From contig NIVC01003129.1 of the NCBI GenBank assembly GCA_002269645.1, positions 1-64,000 of the forward strand: 64,000 nt of DNA, written 5' to 3'. Position 1 is the stretch's first letter; each line of letters begins with the position of its first letter. Below are positions 11,571 to 22,008 of this stretch, piece after piece. This DNA comes from Macrostomum lignano (taxonomy: Eukaryota). Position numbers and translations under genes: made by a program. Under the pieces are notes generated by a model that was not told where the DNA came from, searched no databases, and saw only the letters and a program-made list of their open reading frames with translations.

Positions 11571-12570
11571 AGCAGGGCAAAGCGCAGATTGGGAAGGTGG
11601 CAGCAGGGCAAGGCGCAGATTGAGAAGGTGGCAGCAGGACAAGGCGCAGATTGGGAAGGTGGCAGCAGGGCAAGGCGCAGATGAGGAAGGTGACAGCAGG
11701 GCAATGGGGCAGATTGAGAAGGTGGCAGCAGGGCAAGGCGCAGATTGGGAAGGTGGCAGCAGGGCAAGGCGCAGATGAGGAAGGTGACAGCAGGGCAATG
11801 GGGCAGATTGAGAAGGTGGCAGCAGGGCAAGGCGCAGATGAGGAAGGTGACAGCAGGGCAAGGCGCAGATGAGGAAGGTGACAGCAGGGCAAGGCGCAGA
11901 TGAGGAAGGTGACAGCAGGGCAATGGGGCAGATTGAGAAGGTGACAGCAGGGCAAGGCGCAGATTGAGAAGGTGGCAGCAGGGCAAGGCGCAGATTGAGA
12001 AGGTGGCAGCAGGGCAAAGTGCAGATTGAGAAGGTGGCAGCAGGGCAAGGCGCAGATTGGGAAGGTGGCAGCAGGGCAAGGCGCAGATGAGGAAGGTGAC
12101 AGCAGGGCAATGGGGCAGATTGAGAAGGTGGCAGCAGGGCAAGGCGCAGATGAGGAAGGTGACAGCAGGGCAAGGCGCAGATGAGGAAGGTGACAGCAGG
12201 GCAAGGCGCAGATGAGGAAGGTGACAGCAGGGCAATGGGGCAGATTGAGAAGGTGACAGCAGGGCAAGGCGCAGATTGAGAAGGTGGCAGCAGGGCAAGG
12301 CGCAGATTGAGAAGGTGGCAGCAGGGCAAAGCGCAGATTGAGAAGGTGGCAGCAGGGCAAGGCGCAGATTGAGAAGGTGGCAGCAGGGCAAGGCGCAGAT
12401 TGAGAAGGTGGCAGCAGGGCAAGGCGCAGATGAGGAAGGTGACAGCAGGGCAAGGCGCAGATGGGGAAGGTGACATCAGGGCAAGGCGCAGATGGGGAAG
12501 GTGACAGCAGGGCAAGGCGCAGATGGGGAAGGTGACAGCAGGGCAAGGCGCAGATGGGGAAGGCGGCAGC
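11571..12570. repeat. ~30-31-bp minisatellite upstream of DUSP22-like
   Basis: Unit GCAGGGCAAGGCGCAGATTGAGAAGGTGGCA and variants. Confidence 0.95.
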
Positions 12571-12650
12571 AGGTCAAGGCGCAGATAACGCACCCCAATG
12601 CCAATTCTCCCAATGCCAGTTGCAGCGCCCAGCACCTGTCTACAGCAACA

Positions 12651-13157
12651 ATGGGCGCTCAGATGAGTTTGATCGCGCCCAATCTGTACCTGGGCAGCTG
12701 GCAGGGCGCCAACAATGCTAAGCTGCTGGAGGAGAACGGCGTCCGGCACATCCTCACCATATTCGACGCCAGGTTCAGCATGCCGGCCTGCGTTAAGCAG
12801 CGAAACCATCTGCAGTTTCTGGCGGCGGACAGCTGCCAACAGGACATCCGGCAGTTCTTCCAGCAGTCCAATGACTTCATCCACTCTGGCCGGCTGGCTG
12901 GGGAGGCCGTCTTCGTCCATTGCATGGCGGGCGTGAGCAGGAGCGCCACTCTTATCATCGCCTACCTGGCCTCCGTCACCGACCTGCCCTGGGACACTGT
13001 GCTCAGCGCTGTGCGGGCCGCTAAGCACGATGTGGCGCCCAATTTTCACTTTCGAGCTCAGCTGCGACTCTGGCAAAATGATGGCGGACTGGAGGCTGAG
13101 CGAGCGCGCCTGCTAGAAAAGGTTGGAGGGGCTGTCAGGGAGTTGGGCGAAATGCTT

Positions 13158-13212
<55 letters not shown>

Positions 13213-13331
13213 CAGACACAGACAGACAGACAGACAGACACAGACAGACAGACAGACAGACACAGACAGACAGACAGACAGACAGACACAGACAGACAGA
13301 CAGACACAGACAGACAGACAGACAGACAGAC

Positions 13332-13382
<51 letters not shown>

Positions 13383-13727
13383 GTCCCACATTCCCCCACC
13401 CGTCTTCAGTTCGGGCCCTGGCAGGAGGACCGCGATCGCCTCCTGAAGCTGGCGGAGATCTGTGCTGAATTCGAGCGCACGGGCTATTGGCGCGGAGAGC
13501 CGAGCATCGAGCGGCGCGGTAACGCCTTCTTCGCGGTGCACCACCTGCCCGACGCCGAGGACGAGGTTGACGACGCTGCCGCTGGCGATGCTGAGCAGGC
13601 CGAGGCCCGGGAGGACGCCACCGAGCGGAATGGCCACGGGAAAGACGTGGAGGAGGCGGTTGAGGCTGTGGAGGCGGCCAAGCCCTCAGACGTGGCTGCT
13701 GCTGGAGACCGAGATTCCAATGAGTGA
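12651..13727 (+). CDS. DUSP22: Atypical dual-specificity phosphatase, DUSP22/DUSP15-like; exons 12651-13121, 13410-13727
   Basis: N-terminus [15 protein letters not shown] (Gly2, myristoylation-like) and catalytic HCMAGVSRS. The GT-AG intron 13122-13409 joins LLEK|FGPWQEDRD. Confidence 0.9.
13158..13383. repeat. (CAGA)n microsatellite in DUSP intron
   Basis: Direct inspection. Confidence 0.97.
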
Positions 13728-13896
13728 ATCTGTCCCAGCTGTTTGCGCAATCATCTTCATCTTTTCAAAGTTTTCGAACTTTGTAAGATTTTGATTTTTA
13801 GGCCTCTGTAGTTTAAGAAGTAGTTCAAGGACCCAGCAGTTTAAAGACCTGACAGTCTTGCTCCAGGATGCAGAGTCACGTGATAAATTGTTCCTG

Positions 13897-13965
13897 TGGG
13901 ACCGAGAATCGAACCCCCGACCTTCAATTCGTGAGTCCGGCGCTCTATATACTAGGCTACAATCC
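13897..13965 (-). mobile_element. tRNA-derived (SINE-head-like) sequence
   Basis: Minus strand GGATTGTAGCCTAGTATATAGAGCGCCGGACTCACGAATTGAAGGTCGGGGGTTCGATTCTCGGTCCC has A-box-like and GGTTCGATTC B-box motifs, but the cloverleaf is imperfect. Confidence 0.6.
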
Positions 13966-13994
13966 TTTCTAGTGGCCCAGTACGAGCTATTTTA

Positions 13995-14388
13995 AAGAAC
14001 CAAGCGGTTTGAGGACCCAGCGGTTTGTGGACCCAGCAGTTTTATGACCCAGCAGTTTGAGCACCCAGCAGTTTTAGGACCCAGCAGTTTGAGCACCCAG
14101 CAGTTTTAGGACCCAGCAGTTTGAGCACCCAGCAGTTTTATGACCCAGCAGTTTGAGGACCCAGCAGTTTTAGGACCCAGCAGTTTGAGCACCCAGCAGT
14201 TTGAGCACCCAGCAGTTTGAGCACCCAGCAGTTTGAGCACCCAGCAGTTTGAGGACCCAGCAGTTTGAGCACCCAGCAGTTTGAGCACCCAGCAGTTTGA
14301 GCACCCAGCAGTTTGAGCACCCAGCAGTTTGAGCACCCAGCAGTTTGAGCACCCAGCAGTTTGAGCACCCAGCAGTTTGAGCACCCAG
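13995..14388. repeat. 16-bp minisatellite
   Basis: Unit GAGCACCCAGCAGTTT. Confidence 0.95.
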
Positions 14389-15257
14389 TACTCTGAGTGC
14401 AGTGCAGCGGCAATGCATCGGTGCTAATCCCCAATATTTAAACTGTGCCTTGCCTTATTTCACCGTCCCTAAGTGTTATTGTGCACTGCATGACATTTTG
14501 TGGCCCTGTTTTGAGTTCTGGATGGTTAAAATCGATGTCTAAATTAGTATACTATTGGTGCACTGTTCAGAAGCCACTGTATACTGTGCAGATCTGATTG
14601 CTTGCTTTTCTGTTATTCCGGAGTAACTAAATGTTTTAGGCCTATGTTAAACTACTGAATTCAATATTTGCTAAGTAGTATATCAGTACATAGTTTTTGT
14701 TTTGCCTGGCATCTGTTAGAGTTTAGCAAAAAACAGGCTGTCGCGTCCATGCTCTAGACATGTTAGGCCTAACAAGCTCACCAACTTGACAGTCTTGTGA
14801 TTTTTATTCCTAAGGAACTTTTAATATTACACTAGCAAATTGCCTTAGCTAATACTTGAGAGAATTCTATGATAATTTATATATTATTTAGCACACATGC
14901 GAGCAGGCGTACAACATTTATCAATAATTTATTTTTCTTCTATTTTACTATTATATGAGTATGTACTCGAGCGAATGTTTTTTCAAGTTAGCACAATCTG
15001 TACTTTTAGTGTGCGGCTCGATTTAAAAAAATCTCACGGTTTTTATAGCTACTTGCGCTATAGATTTTATTCTGTATGCAGATGGCTGACTGCTCACTGA
15101 TTTGGACCTGCCCGACTGTAAGCGTTAACTGACTTCAATTTGCGCTCTATATTGCATGTTTGATAAATACACTTTTATCTTTGGAAACTTGAATATCTGT
15201 TAAACATTGTTTTATACATTTAATTTCTATCTCTTGCTTCATTTAAAGCATTATCTG

Positions 15258-15800
15258 ATCCAGCAAGCCCACCTGATCACTGATGCAGTTGGTTGCCAGA
15301 CCACCTGGTCACTGATGCAGTTGGTTGCCAGTCCACCTGGTCACTGATGCAGTTGGTTGCCAGCCCACCTGGTCACTGATGCAGTTGGTTGCCAGCCCAC
15401 CTGGTCACTGATGCAGTTGGTTCCCAGCCCACCTGGTCACTGATGCAGTTGGTTCCCAGCCCACCTGGTCACTGATGCAGTTGGTTGCCAGTCCACCTGG
15501 TCACTGATGCAGTTGGTTGCCAGCCCACCTGGTCACTGATGCAGTTGGTTGCCAGCCCACCTGGTCACTGATGCAGTTGGTTCCCAGCCCACCTGGTCAC
15601 TGATGCAGTTGGTTGCCAGTCCACCTGGTCACTGATGCAGTTGGTTGCCAGACCACCTGGTCACTGATGCAGTTGGTTGCCAGACCACCTGGTCACTGAT
15701 GCAGTTGGTTGCCAGACCACCTGGTCACTGATGCAGTTGGTTGCCAGACCACCTGGTCACTGATGCAGTTGGTTGCCAGCCTATCTGGTCACTGATAGAT
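15258..15800. repeat. 32-bp minisatellite upstream of WDR74
   Basis: Unit CCACCTGGTCACTGATGCAGTTGGTTGCCAGC. Confidence 0.95.
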
Positions 15801-15870
15801 CACCTAGTTATCAATTTTGTTGCCATGGTAACAGTCTTATAATTTGTCTACTATTCATGAATCCGTTGCA

Positions 15871-18775
15871 ATGCCGGATCCTGAGCCTCATCAGTCGCCG
15901 CAGCTTCTTCTGGCCTGCCGCACCGGGCACGTGAAGTCGGTCACATTCTCCGCAGTGTCTGATGATGCATCCCAGCCTCCCAGACTGTCGGCCGTGGCGG
16001 AGTTCGGCCAGCGGCACCCGGTGATCGGTCTGGCCTCCAGCCCGGACTGCGGCGGCCCGGCACGCGTCTACGCCGCCACCGCCACCGGCCTGTTGCGACG
16101 CCTGGACGACGACCTTCGACAGATGGATAGCGCTGAAAAAGCTGCGGCAGCTGAGATGACGTCACCAGCTGAGGTAAGTTCAGAAAGGGCATTAGCCATC
16201 ATTTCCGCATTCCGCAATCGAAAACATCATCTAGGTTTCTAGACCTGAAGCGTTTTAAACTCAAACCGGTCAGTAAAGAGGTTTAAGCCTTATGATTTCG
16301 GGTTTGATGTCATATGACCGAAAATTTTAACCTTAACCATAACCATAACCCTAACCATAACCATAACCATAGCCCTAACCATAACCATAGCCCTAACCAT
16401 AACCATAGCCCTAACCATAACCATAACCATAACCCTAACCATAACCATAACCCTAATCATAACCATAACCCTAATCATAACCATAACCCTAACCATAACC
16501 CTAATCATAATCATAACCATAACCCTAACCATTACCCTAACCACAACCATAACGCTAACCATAACCCTAACCATAACCATAACCCTAATCATAACCATAA
16601 CGCTAACCATAACCCTAATCATAACCCTAACCATTACCCTAACCATAACCATAACCCTAACCATAACGCTAACCATAACCCTAATCATAACCATAACCCT
16701 AACCATAACCATAACCATAACCCAACCCATAACTCTAACCATAACCCAACCCAAACTCGAACTGTAACCCTACCCTATTTCGAAACCCTAACCCTCACAC
16801 GAGAGTGAAAGCAGAGTCTGTGCAGGGAACAATGTACAAGGCGGTAGCACATGCATGTAGCTAAGCACCATTTACCGCCACAACAAGCCAAACATGCGAG
16901 GCCATCACACTGCCAGTCCGTGCAAATCCATCTCGCAGGTCCCAGCCGCCGCCACGACCTGTCTGACCTTCTGTTGTTCCTCGGCGGATTCCAGCGGCGA
17001 GCGGAGAGATTTGCTGGCAGTTGGTCACGAGGACGGCACCGTCAGGCTGGCCTCCTTCGCCGCCTCCGCCGCCAGCTGCACCGATGCGGCCCAGCTGCGC
17101 GCCGGCTGCCACGTTGGCGTCGTCCGCGCCTGGGGCGACAGCGACGCTCGTCTGGCTACCGGCGGTCGCGAGTCCGACCTTCGGGTCTGGGATGTGGCGG
17201 CCGAGTCCTGCGTGTTCCAGGTGAGCAGCTGTTTTTGATCCATGCGGATCTGATGAAATCAGATGAAGAATTCTCGGGTTCATTTTTTGTCAAGTTAGAC
17301 GCTACCGCTACAATTTTAACCTTTGTTTGTTCCCCCAAAATTTCCTAGGCCAAGAATCTGCCCAACGACCGGCTGAACCTTCGCCGTCCAGTCGACGTGC
17401 GCGACATCAGACCGATTGCTGGCGGCCAACTGCTGGCTGTGTGCACCGGCCACCGAGAGCTGCGGCTCTACTCGCCTGGCGAGCAGCGGCGGCCTGTTGT
17501 TAACTTGGCCTGGTCCGAGTATCCGATTCAGGTGAGCTGGGGCTGGGAGGCTGGGCTAGCAACTGAGGATCTGGGAGGCTGGGCTAGCAACTGGGGATCT
17601 GGGAGGCTGGCCCAGCAACTGAGGATCTGGGAGGCTGGGCTAGCAACTGGGGATCTGGGAGGCTGGCCCAGCAACTGAGGATCTGGGAGGCTGGGCTAGC
17701 AACTGAGGATCTGGGAGGCTGGCCCAGCAACTGAGGATTTAAGGGGCTGGCCCAGCAACTGAGGATCTGGGAGGCTGGCCCAGAAACTGAGGATCTGGGA
17801 GGCTGGGCTAGCAACTTAGGATCTGAGAGGCTGGCCCAGCAACTGAGGATCTGGGAGGCTGGGCTAGCAACTGAGGATCTGGGAGGCTGGCCCAGCAACT
17901 GAGGATTTAAGGGGCTGGCCCAGCAACTGGGGATCTGGGAGGCTGGCCCAGTAACTGAGGATGTGGGAGGCTGGCCCAGCAACTGAGGATCTGGGAGGCT
18001 GGCCCAGCAACTGAGGAGGATGTGGGAGGCTGGCCCAGCAACTGAGGAGGATGTGGGAGGCTGGCCAGCAACTGAGGATCTGGGAGCCTGGCCCAGCCTG
18101 AGGATTTGGGGGGCTTGCCCAGCAACTGAGGATGTGGGAGGCTGGCCCAGCAACTGAGGATGTGGGAGGCTGGCTTCATTTCTTCAGTTAGGATAAATTT
18201 TTCCTCTGATCCTGCAGTCCTGCTGCGCCATCGAGGCAGCATCGGCAGCCGCAGTCGCGGCGGGCAATTCAGCGGGCCATCTTGGCTTATTCGACCTTCG
18301 CCGCCCGCCAGCTGCCTCTTCAAAGTCGCCAGCCGCGGCCGCCGCGCAGCTGCTGGGCCACTTCAAGCCGAGCTGCTCCGGCGCTGTCACGGCCCTGGAC
18401 GCGGTCATCGACGCCGGCCTGCTGTTCGCAACGTCTGAGGACCGGCACCTGCGGGTGTTCGACCTTCGCGGCAGGCGGCTGCTGTGCCAGCTGTACGCCA
18501 AAAGCCGCCTGGCCGGCCTGCTGCCTCTCTCCGGCGTGTCCGAGCTGACCCGGTCGAGTGTCCGAGCCGCTGGGGATCGGGTGGTCAAGGGCCTGACGGC
18601 CTCCAGCAGCGAGGGCGTCAGCAAGCGCCGGCTGACGGACCAACTGTACCTGGCCACCCCCGCTGTGGAGGGCGACGCCGAGGCGAAGGCGGCGAAAATC
18701 GACAAGAAGAAGGCCGGAGCCGCGCCGGCTGCTGGCAGAGGGCCAATCAAGTTCAGCTTTACTGCCGATATGTAG
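15871..18775 (+). CDS. WDR74: WD repeat protein 74 / Nsa1 (60S biogenesis); exons 15871-16173, 16939-17220, 17349-17531, 18218-18775
   Basis: Spliced product contains LATGGRESDLRVWD, VFQ|AKNLPNDRLNLRRP, CTGHRELRLY..EQRRPV, EYPI and EDRHLRVFD..LYAKSRL. All introns are phase 0 GT-AG. Confidence 0.93.
16328..16790. repeat. Telomere-like hexamer array (AACCAT/AACCCT) in WDR74 intron 1
   Basis: CCCTAA units interleaved with CCATAA variants. Confidence 0.95.
17540..18175. repeat. 28-bp minisatellite in WDR74 intron 3
   Basis: Unit GCAACTGAGGATCTGGGAGGCTGGCCCA. Confidence 0.95.
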
Positions 18776-19195
18776 CGGCGGCTCGATTCAGTCTTAAATA
18801 AAGCAGATCCATTTGGTGCATTTGTACTCCCGGTCTCTCCGATCGATACCGATTGAATTGATAGCAACTGTTGGAACTTTTTGTACCTTATTTGGCATTT
18901 TTTATATCTCAACAGCGATTTCTGTTTGCAGTAGTATAATATATCGCTAATCTGGCTAGACAATCAGATGAAGGAATTAGAATGGATTGCTAGACTAGCC
19001 CACCCATTAAAAAATTTTACCGTGACTCTACGACCTCAGAGTTATTCTAAAAGCGCCCAGAGTCCACTTGCATCGCCCCAGAGTCGTTTTGTGGTCGCAA
19101 TAACAACGGGATCTCTCAGACAACGGGATCTAGAGTCCTATCTTACCTGTGCTGACCTGCAACGACTTTGGGGCGACGCAAGTGACAGTACCTAG

Positions 19196-21558
19196 GCCAA
19201 GAATGAATCCGTGTCCTCACTTTCCCACCCACTTCCAGGCGAAGCGGTCCGCAGCAAAAGCTTCAAATGGCACCGCTGGCCGTCCAGCCGCCGTCGTCAA
19301 AGGCGTTGCCAAGGCAGCCAAGGCCATCGCCGCCCGGGCCGCGGCGCCGCCCGCGGTCTGGCCAAACGGCGCCGCACGCTGGGCGCCGAACTGGGCCGGC
19401 GTTTTAAAAAAGGTGGCCTGCTGGACCGACGCCTCGGCGCTGCTGGCAGCGACGGCAATGCCGACGTGGCCGACGCCGCCGCCGAGGTGGCGCTGCGCCG
19501 TTTTGCCGCCCAGAAGCGTCGCGTTCTGGCGGCGGAAGCTGAGGCGGCGATGCGGCAGCCGTCGGAGGCGGAGGACTCCGGCCTGCTGTCGGCTGTCAAC
19601 AAGTTCGCTCCGCTGGCCACCGAGCTGGACGACGCCGAGTTTGACGACGACGACGCTTCCGGAGCCGGCCGCGGCCGCATGTCTTCCGAGGCGCTGTTCG
19701 ACGAAGGCGGCCTGCTGCGCAAGGGCACGGGGCTCAAGGACCGCATGGAGACGCTGATCGCCCAGACGCGCGCCGATCGCGCCGAGAAGCGCGAGCAGCT
19801 GGAGGAGACGCGCCGCCTCACCGACGCCATCGACGCCGAGTGGAAGTCTCGGGTTCGATTCCAGCTGGGTCCGCTGATGTCGGTGCCGACTTCGACGAAG
19901 GCGGCTCCGGAGTCCGGCGATCAGCTGTCCGCCTTCAAGCTGCTGTCTGACCAGCTGATGCAGTCGCAGCGTTTGGTTGCTAAGGACGCCGCTCCCACCG
20001 GCAATGGCGGCTCGGTTGCCAAGGCAAAGTTGAAGCCGTCAGAGCGGCGCTCTGCTGGCGAGCAGCTGGCGGGGCTGTGCAGCAAGCTTGATCGACTGCG
20101 CCGTGCGCGTCGTCAGCGAGTCGCCGCCGCTGATGACGGCCACTCTGCGTCTGGCGCGCTCGCTGCTCCGCCTGCCCCCTACCTGGAGACTGTGCGCCTC
20201 ATCCTGCGGCTGTGCAACCTCAGCGGATTCAAAGCGCGCCGCTTCTGCTGCCTCAGGCTGGGCGTGGCCTTCTGCGCCGAGGTGCTGGCAGACTGCTGCG
20301 TCCGGCGAAGACCCACGGGGCTCAAAGAGGTCTGAGCAGCTTGTGTAGACTGTGTCTGTTTCATCTGGGATATTAATAAATCGGTTGTAGGATAATTTTC
20401 TTGTTGTTCGATTTACCTAAGCAACTCCACCGAATCCTCAGATCTGCCGCATCCTGCTGCTGGTCTCGGCGTTGAAGCGCCTTCTGTCGGCCCTTCACTG
20501 GCCCCTGTGCCCGGAGCTCCTGGCCTGTCTGCACAGCCTCCTGCTCATGGCCTCGCCAGCTGACGCCAGTCGTTGGGACGGTGGCGGAGCTCCTCACGCG
20601 AACTTGGATACCGAGGAGGAGCAGGAGGAGGACAGCGGCGCCAGTTCAGCGCGTCGCCGGCGCCAGCAGCTGCTGCTGGCAACGCGACCCGTCCCAGCGG
20701 ACTGGCGGCCGGGACCGCTGCCGCTCAGCCTGTGCCAGCGGGCCAGCGGTCTGGCCAGCTCGCAGGCAGCCGGGCTCCGCCTGCTCTGCCTTGGCCGCGT
20801 GTTCGCCGACCTTGGCGAGCTGCTCACCGCCTGGCACGGCGTCGGCGCCACCGGCGGCCTGCCGTCGGCCGGACTGCGGGCGGCCTTCCTGCCGCTGGCT
20901 GAGGCTGCCGAGCGGGCCAAGGCCGCTGCGGGTGGCGGGCTGTGGCCGGCCGAGATTCTGAATGCAGCTGACAGGTAAATTCACAGGTCTCATGAAGGCC
21001 TGCTCGTATTTTGATCTCGGATATTTTGTATAGTGGACTAGCAGCTTGACCCTCTTTGGGGGGCTAATGCTACTGCTTGTCAATTTATAAAATGCTGTGT
21101 TTTGTCTGTGAAGTTATATAGGTATTCTAAATTTAGGAATTATCCATCAAGAACTTTTCTATTATCGATTACTCCTTAACTCTTCATCATCGCGCAGCTT
21201 CCTCAACTCATTCGCCGACTGCTCCGCCGAGGCGACCGGCGCCCGCCTCCTCCGCGAGCGCGAGCCGCCCCGCATGCTGGAGCTGCTGGAGCCGCAGGTC
21301 GAAGCCAATTTCGACCCCGGCCGGCGAAAGTCGGACAGCAGCGGCGGCGAGGAGCGAAAACGCCTGCTGCGGGCGCGCAAACGGGCGATGAAGGCGGCTG
21401 TGCGCGAGGTGGCCCGCGACCGCGACTTCTTGGCCGGCGAGCGGCTGGAGACGACGCTGCGGGCGGACGCGCAGCGCAAGCGGAAGGTGCGCGAGCTGAT
21501 GGGCGCGCTGGGCAACCAGGAGGGCGAGGTGAAGAAGCTCAGCAGGGGCAAGAAGTGA
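19196..21558 (+). CDS. NOP14: Nucleolar protein 14 (40S biogenesis); exons ~19196-20329, 20442-20974, 21198-21558; start codon not found
   Basis: PGRGAARGLAKRRRTL..E..R.K...LDRRLG, LIAQTRADRAEKREQ..ETRRLTDAIDAEW, and C-terminal KRLLRARKRAMKAAVREVARDRDFLA...RKRKVRELMGALGNQEGE match the NOP14 family. Confidence 0.9.
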
Positions 21559-22008
21559 AGCTGTGGACTGCGGCTGCACTTTGGCTTGAGCTGACCTGCC
21601 TGTCTCTCTGTAAATCGGTTCCATGCTTCTTATGCTTCACCGTATTCGAAGGCCTGTCCGATTTACCGATTGATTGACTTCTATTGTCTTTGCAACCCGC
21701 TCCCTGACTTTGCCTGTCCCAACTGTTGAAATGAATACAATGGCAGAATAGTTTATTCTGTGACCGTGTTTGCATTTGTCAGCAATTCGGAACTCACACT
21801 GAACACGTCTTTGGCCTTGGTGAATTTATTTTGCTTAGCTAATAACTCAATTTTAGCAGTGGAGAAGATAAAGCAGGCCTTGTCTGAGCAGCAGGGACAA
21901 CCCTTCAAGTATGCAGTTAATGCCAAAGCCTGACGGAGATTGAGCCAGCACTGCAGCTTATTCAGAGCGCCTAAATGGTTTTTTATGTTTAAATGAACTG
22001 CGAATGAA

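Noticed and set aside
16328-16790. True chromosome end or assembly break at the telomeric repeat
   Set aside because: WDR74 exons continue in phase on both sides.
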